From assembly GCA_016234405.1 (NCBI GenBank), contig JACRCC010000032.1, positions 4,360 through 68,359 on the forward strand: a DNA stretch of 64,000 bases. Reading direction: 5' to 3'. The position numbers were made by a program, and so were the translations under genes. The first letter of the stretch is position 1. Each line of letters starts with the position of its first letter. The notes below the pieces were generated by a model, which was not told where the DNA came from, searched no databases, and worked only from the letters and a program-made list of their open reading frames with translations. Shown piece after piece: positions 59,774 to 64,000 of this stretch. Origin of the DNA: Deltaproteobacteria bacterium. Lineage in GTDB: Bacteria > Desulfobacterota > GWC2-55-46.

Positions 59774-60640
59774 TTATTTCAGAGCCGCCCGTATCCTCAA
59801 CGCCGCGTTGTATACCTCGCCCCTCGGACGCCCTGTAGCCTCGGTTACCGCCTTTACCGCGTCCTTCACGCTCAGGCCTGCGGCCAAAAGTTTTTTCAGT
59901 TCGTCTGGTATGGTAATCCCCTCCTCAAACGGTTGGGACGACTCCTCGGTCCTTATCGCAAGGGTCACCTCGCCCTTGATAACCCTGTCCTCTAAAAGCG
60001 CCTTTACCGCGCTGACCGTGCCTCTCAAAATCTCCTCGTGGAGCTTTGTCATCTCCCTGCCGATGACGCAATGAACGTCGCCGAGCGTCTCGTGAATCAC
60101 ATCGAGCGTATCCTTGAGCCTCCGGGGAGATTCATACATGACATAAGTCTCCTTCTTATTTTTGAGCCTGATAAAAAAACGCCTCTTGACTAATGCGCCC
60201 GTCGGCACAAAACCCTTGAACGTAAAGGTATCGAGCGGCAGGCCGGACACGGTCAAGAGGGTAATCAGCGCCGACGGGCCTGGAACCGGGACGATTGCAA
60301 TCCCGTTCTCGATGGCGAACTTTATGAGCCTGTATCCGGGGTCTGATATTCCGGGCGTTCCGGCATCGGTTACGAGGGCGGCTTTTTTCCAAGTCCCGTC
60401 TTTGAGTTTGGCGATTAAAAAAACGGATTTTCCCCGCTCGTTGTGCTCAAAGCAGCTCGTAAGCGGCGTCTTTATGCCAAAATGCGCAAGGAGCTTTTTG
60501 GTATGCCTCGTGTCCTCAGCGGCAATGACGTCGGCTTCCTTTAAGACCCGAAGGCCGCGCATCGTAATGTCTTCGAGGTTGCCTATGGGCGTAGCCACGA
60601 CATAAAGCTTGGCGCCCAACGGGGAGACTCCCTCCATCAC
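59774..60640 (-). CDS. rsmI: 16S rRNA (cytidine1402-2'-O)-methyltransferase RsmI
   Basis: Tetrapyrrole-methylase fold 'LYVVATPIGNLEDIT...AAEDTRHT'. Confidence 0.9.
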   Translation of the reverse strand: MMEGVSPLGAKLYVVATPIGNLEDITMRGLRVLKEADVIAAEDTRHTKKLLAHFGIKTPLTSCFEHNERGKSVFLIAKLKDGTWKKAALVTDAGTPGISDPGYRLIKFAIENGIAIVPVPGPSALITLLTVSGLPLDTFTFKGFVPTGALVKRRFFIRLKNKKETYVMYESPRRLKDTLDVIHETLGDVHCVIGREMTKLHEEILRGTVSAVKALLEDRVIKGEVTLAIRTEESSQPFEEGITIPDELKKLLAAGLSVKDAVKAVTEATGRPRGEVYNAALRIRAALK

Positions 60641-61401
60641 TTCCTCCTCTCAAAGACGTAGGCCGAAGAAAAAACGAATATTGCCGCGAAGACGGCAAGA
60701 AACGCCACGTCCACTACGAGCGGAAATTCAGCCGAGAGCCTGCCCGCGCCCGGCAGGAGCACGTGCTTGAAGGAATCCACTCCGAAGCAGAGGGGATTGA
60801 TAAAGGTCAAGACCTTCAACGGCAAAGGGAGTCCTGAAACGGGATACAGGGCGCCGGAGAGAAAAAACATGGGCAGCACGATGAAGTTCATTATCACGTT
60901 GAAACCCTCGAGCGAAGTCATAAACGAAGCCACGAAAAGACCGAAGGCGGTAATGGATATCGAGACGAGCAGCATCAAAAAAATCATGGCCGCCAATTCG
61001 GAGTATCCGATACTTATGTCGAGGAACGGCGCGACTATAAGGAGCATCGCGCCCTGAAAGAGGGAAAGCATGGACCCGCTCAGTATCTCTCCGGCGACGA
61101 TGGCGACCCTCGGCACAGGCGCGACGAGCATCTCGCGGAGGAATCCGAACTCCCTGTCCCACACGACTGACATGGTGGAGAAGATGGACGAGAAGAGTAT
61201 CGTCATGCCGACTATCCCCGGAAGTATGAACTGCATGTAGTTCACACCTCCACCAGTCTGGACGAGCCTGCCGAAACCCGAGCCTACGATGAGGAGCCAC
61301 AGCAGCGGCCTTGCCGCCGTCACCACAAGGCGGCCCTTCTGGCGGAAAAACCGCTTAAACTCGCGCAGCACTATGACGTAGACGGCCTTGTAAGAAAACA
61401 T
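60637..61401 (-). CDS. ABC-2 family transporter permease
   Basis: Six-TM ABC-2 topology. ATGA overlap with rsmI. Confidence 0.75.
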   Translation of the reverse strand: MFSYKAVYVIVLREFKRFFRQKGRLVVTAARPLLWLLIVGSGFGRLVQTGGGVNYMQFILPGIVGMTILFSSIFSTMSVVWDREFGFLREMLVAPVPRVAIVAGEILSGSMLSLFQGAMLLIVAPFLDISIGYSELAAMIFLMLLVSISITAFGLFVASFMTSLEGFNVIMNFIVLPMFFLSGALYPVSGLPLPLKVLTFINPLCFGVDSFKHVLLPGAGRLSAEFPLVVDVAFLAVFAAIFVFSSAYVFERRK

Positions 61402-61523
61402 TCCGAGTCGCGGTTTACGACAAAGACGGTTATCGGTTACCGGTTATCCATTATCGGTTTAGGATGGTCTCCTCTGATAACCGACAACCGTTCACCGATA
61501 ACCGTCTTTTACCGATGGAGGCG

Positions 61524-62483
61524 CTAATGCCCGCCCCGTCCGTTGCCGCCGTAATCGCGTATCTCCTTTCCGGTAAGGTGTATGAATACCTCGTCGAGGC
61601 TCGGCTTTTTCATATTGACCGAGGATATCGAAGTTGTAAGCCTTTCAAAAAGACGCGGTATGAACTTATCCCCGCCGTCCACCAAGAGCACGAGGCCGGA
61701 TTCCACCATCGCGGACTTTATCCCGAATTCCCTTTCTATTTCCTCGCGCGCGCGGGCGTCATCGGAGGTTTTGAGATGGACGGTGTCGCCCTTTAGCGAG
61801 CGTTTAAGCCCCGCGGGCGTGTCGCAAGCGATAACCCTGCCGTTGTCAATGATGGCAATCCTGTCGCACGCCTCCGCCTCATCCATGTAATGCGTGGTCA
61901 TGAAGACCGTGCTGCCGGCGTCCTTTTTTATCCCTTTCTTTATGCCGTTGATAAATTCCCATACGCCGGCCCGCGCCTGCGGGTCGAGCCCGAGCGTGGG
62001 TTCGTCGAGAAAAAGAACCTTAGGCCTGTGCAGCAGCCCTCTGGCAATCTCAAGCCGCCTTTTCATTCCGCCCGAAAATTTCCTTACAATCTCGTCCCTG
62101 CGCTCGGTTAGGCCCACGACCGAGAGCATCTGCGCAATCCGCGTCTGTGCGAGCCTATAATCCATGTTGTACATATAACAATGGAACTTGAGGTTTTCAT
62201 AAGCCGTAAGTTCATTGTCGAGCGTAACATCCTGAAAGACAAGACCTATGGACGAGCGCACTTTGGAAGGCTCTTTGGCGCAGTCATGGCCGTTGACGAA
62301 GACCGCGCCGGAATCCGAATTAAGGAGCGTGCACAAAATATTTATGGTCGTGGTCTTGCCCGCCCCGTTTGGGCCGAGAAAACCGAAGGTCTCGCCCTCT
62401 GCCACCTCAAAGGAGACCCCGTCAACGGCCTTTACGCCGTTGTAGCTCTTATGAAGGTCTTTTACCTCTATGACTGGATTCAT
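61524..62483 (-). CDS. ABC transporter ATP-binding protein (DrrA-like)
   Basis: Walker A 'GPNGAGKTT', signature 'FSGGMKRRL', Walker B 'LFLDEPT'. Confidence 0.85.
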   Translation of the reverse strand: MNPVIEVKDLHKSYNGVKAVDGVSFEVAEGETFGFLGPNGAGKTTTINILCTLLNSDSGAVFVNGHDCAKEPSKVRSSIGLVFQDVTLDNELTAYENLKFHCYMYNMDYRLAQTRIAQMLSVVGLTERRDEIVRKFSGGMKRRLEIARGLLHRPKVLFLDEPTLGLDPQARAGVWEFINGIKKGIKKDAGSTVFMTTHYMDEAEACDRIAIIDNGRVIACDTPAGLKRSLKGDTVHLKTSDDARAREEIEREFGIKSAMVESGLVLLVDGGDKFIPRLFERLTTSISSVNMKKPSLDEVFIHLTGKEIRDYGGNGRGGH

Positions 62484-62501
62484 TGAATGACAACTGCGCG
62501 G

Positions 62502-63080
62502 CTAAACGTCTCGGAGGACGGCAACGCGCCCAGCGCCACTTTCCACTTTAGACGTTTGTGAGGCAACAAAGGGCTGCGCCGGAAAGTGGCGCTGGGCAGC
62601 AAGACCATCGAGCATCGTCCCATAGACCCCGACGCTGAACCCGAACATGAGCTTGGAAAAAAAAGCCGCCCACAAAGGCGCGTAAGACAGAAACTGCGGA
62701 TTTATTTGCGGCAGAAGGATGAAAAAGTTGAATGCCCAGATTCCGGTAAGGGCGGCAATCCCGGTGACCGCAACCCTCGCATACGAGGCTTTGGCTGCGC
62801 CCGGATGCAGGGCATACATGGCTGCGCCGAAAAAGACCCCGATGACGGCGCTCAAGAGAAGATGTATCACGAGACCCGATACCGCGCCGAGGGGGCCGAA
62901 GGAGAACGCCGCGCTGAAAAATGTATTGGTTATCGCCGACAGCAGTTTTACTCCGCTCATACCGGCAGCGGCGCCGTAGAAGGCCATGAAGACCACCTCG
63001 GCGATGCCTCCCGCGAGACCTGCCCCTATCCCGGCCAAGAGCCACGTCTTTAAGGGTTTAACGCATTCGTGGATTTTCAT
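62502..63080 (-). CDS. Hypothetical polytopic membrane protein; its 3' end reads through a family-B repeat
   Basis: Hydrophobic helices throughout. The C-terminal roughly 30 aa are encoded by repeat 62529-62596. Confidence 0.4.
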   Translation of the reverse strand: MKIHECVKPLKTWLLAGIGAGLAGGIAEVVFMAFYGAAAGMSGVKLLSAITNTFFSAAFSFGPLGAVSGLVIHLLLSAVIGVFFGAAMYALHPGAAKASYARVAVTGIAALTGIWAFNFFILLPQINPQFLSYAPLWAAFFSKLMFGFSVGVYGTMLDGLAAQRHFPAQPFVASQTSKVESGAGRVAVLRDV

Positions 63081-63270
63081 AAGCAGTAATCCTCCTGAGA
63101 TTTTTTTAGTTCCATGCAGAGTATATCACATAAAAACCGTGAACCGTGACCGTGTCCGTGAAAGGGCGCATAAAAAACCGTTTCGCGGCTCAGGGCTTAG
63201 ATGAGCAATTCCTTTTCCCCCTCCCCCACCCTTAAAACCTCAGACCTAAAGGTCTGAGCTGCGGCCTGAG

Positions 63271-64000
63271 CTACGCGACGGCCTTTATGGAAAAACTAAA
63301 GGTGGAGCCTTTGCCCGGACGGCTCTCGACGTTGAGCCTGCCGTTGTGAATATTAATGATGTGCTTGACTATTGCAAGCCCAAGTCCCGTGCCGCCCATC
63401 TCGCGGCTGCGCGCCTTATCCACCCTGTAGAACCTCTCGAATATCCGGGGCATGTCGTCGGCCGGTATCCCGATGCCCGTGTCCGCAACGTCAACCGTAA
63501 CAAACCCGTCCGATTTGACCGCCGAGACCTTTACGCTTCCGCCCGGAGGCGTGTATTTTATGGCATTATCGAGGAGATTCACGACCACCTGTTCAATCCT
63601 GTCCTTGTCGCATGAGACCTTTGGCAGACCGTCGGGCATGTCGCTAAAGAGTTTAAGCCCCTTATCGCCGGCCTGCTTTCTGAAACCCGCGGTGGTGGAA
63701 AGGACGAGTTCTTTCACGTCAACGGGCGCATAGACGAGCGTCATCTGGTGGGATTCGAGCCTTGAGAGTATCAGTAGATCGTCAATGAGCCTCGACATCC
63801 TCGTGGCATGTTTGTCAATTATCCGCAAAAAATCCTTTGCCGTATCCGAGCCAAGGGGGGCTATACCCCCAAGACCCCGGTCGAGGAGGGTAATACCCTC
63901 AAGGAGCGTCTCGGAGTATCCCTTTATGCTCGCAAGCGGGGTGCGAAGCTCGTGGGAGACGTTTGCGACAAAATCCTTTTTAATAGTCTCAAGCCTCTTT
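63271..64000 (-). CDS. Sensor histidine kinase, 5'-truncated by the window edge
   Basis: H-box 'SHELRTPL' is encoded upstream of the track's Met, and the frame stays open to position 64000. HATPase_c N/G1/G2 boxes 'DNAIKYT', 'DTGIGI', 'GGTGLGL'. Confidence 0.8.
   Translation of the reverse strand, partial: KRLETIKKDFVANVSHELRTPLASIKGYSETLLEGITLLDRGLGGIAPLGSDTAKDFLRIIDKHATRMSRLIDDLLILSRLESHQMTLVYAPVDVKELVLSTTAGFRKQAGDKGLKLFSDMPDGLPKVSCDKDRIEQVVVNLLDNAIKYTPPGGSVKVSAVKSDGFVTVDVADTGIGIPADDMPRIFERFYRVDKARSREMGGTGLGLAIVKHIINIHNGRLNVESRPGKGSTFSFSIKAVA

Noticed and set aside
63271-63828. Histidine kinase starting at the Met (M-RIIDKHATRM)
   Set aside because: The frame is open upstream to the window edge and encodes the H-box SHELRTPL there. 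The gene is 5'-truncated by the window rather than short.

Overview
This 64-kb window is a gene-dense, high-GC bacterial chromosomal segment. About 60 supportable CDSs lie on both strands, and the only longer gaps between them are filled with repeats. By gene order it resembles a Desulfobacterota/Desulfuromonadales-type anaerobe. That placement is inference from gene content alone, and no organism is asserted.

Housekeeping and core blocks, in order:
- yqgE/algH fragment, a hicB-hicA pair, then short-form metH, greA, proS (minus strand) and ppiD (minus strand).
- The rod-shape/elongasome block mreB-mreC-mreD-mrdA(PBP2)-rodA, followed by pgpA, a CinA C-terminal deamidase gene and thpR.
- recA-pilT-recX-alaS.
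- A TPR protein, bamD, and a chemosensory block cheA-cheW-cheW.
- ahcY and metK.
- The conserved lptC-lptA-lptB-rpoN-hpf-ptsN-hprK-rapZ-EIIA(Man)-EIIB(Man)-ptsH-ptsI array.
- A cNMP-binding protein, a YHS-domain protein and osmC.
- A selenium block: selD (itself a selenoprotein with an in-frame TGA), a DUF218 gene, and selB.
- A two-subunit group-3 [NiFe] hydrogenase.
- A GAF-GGDEF protein and a coiled-coil heptad-repeat protein.
- A hepT/mntA toxin-antitoxin cassette inserted at the 3' end of radA.
- A HEAT/HD-GYP signalling cluster, then trmFO, acyP, rsmI, an ABC-2 exporter pair and a truncated histidine kinase.

Structure outside the genes:
- At least four families of short palindromic or tandem intergenic repeats (MITE/REP-like) occupy almost every intergenic gap. 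They create false N-terminal extensions on several ORF calls.
- An AT-rich islet at roughly 16.0-17.3 kb carries a small lysine-rich protein, a retropepsin-like aspartic protease and a caspase-domain gene fragment.

No rRNA, tRNA or CRISPR array was found.
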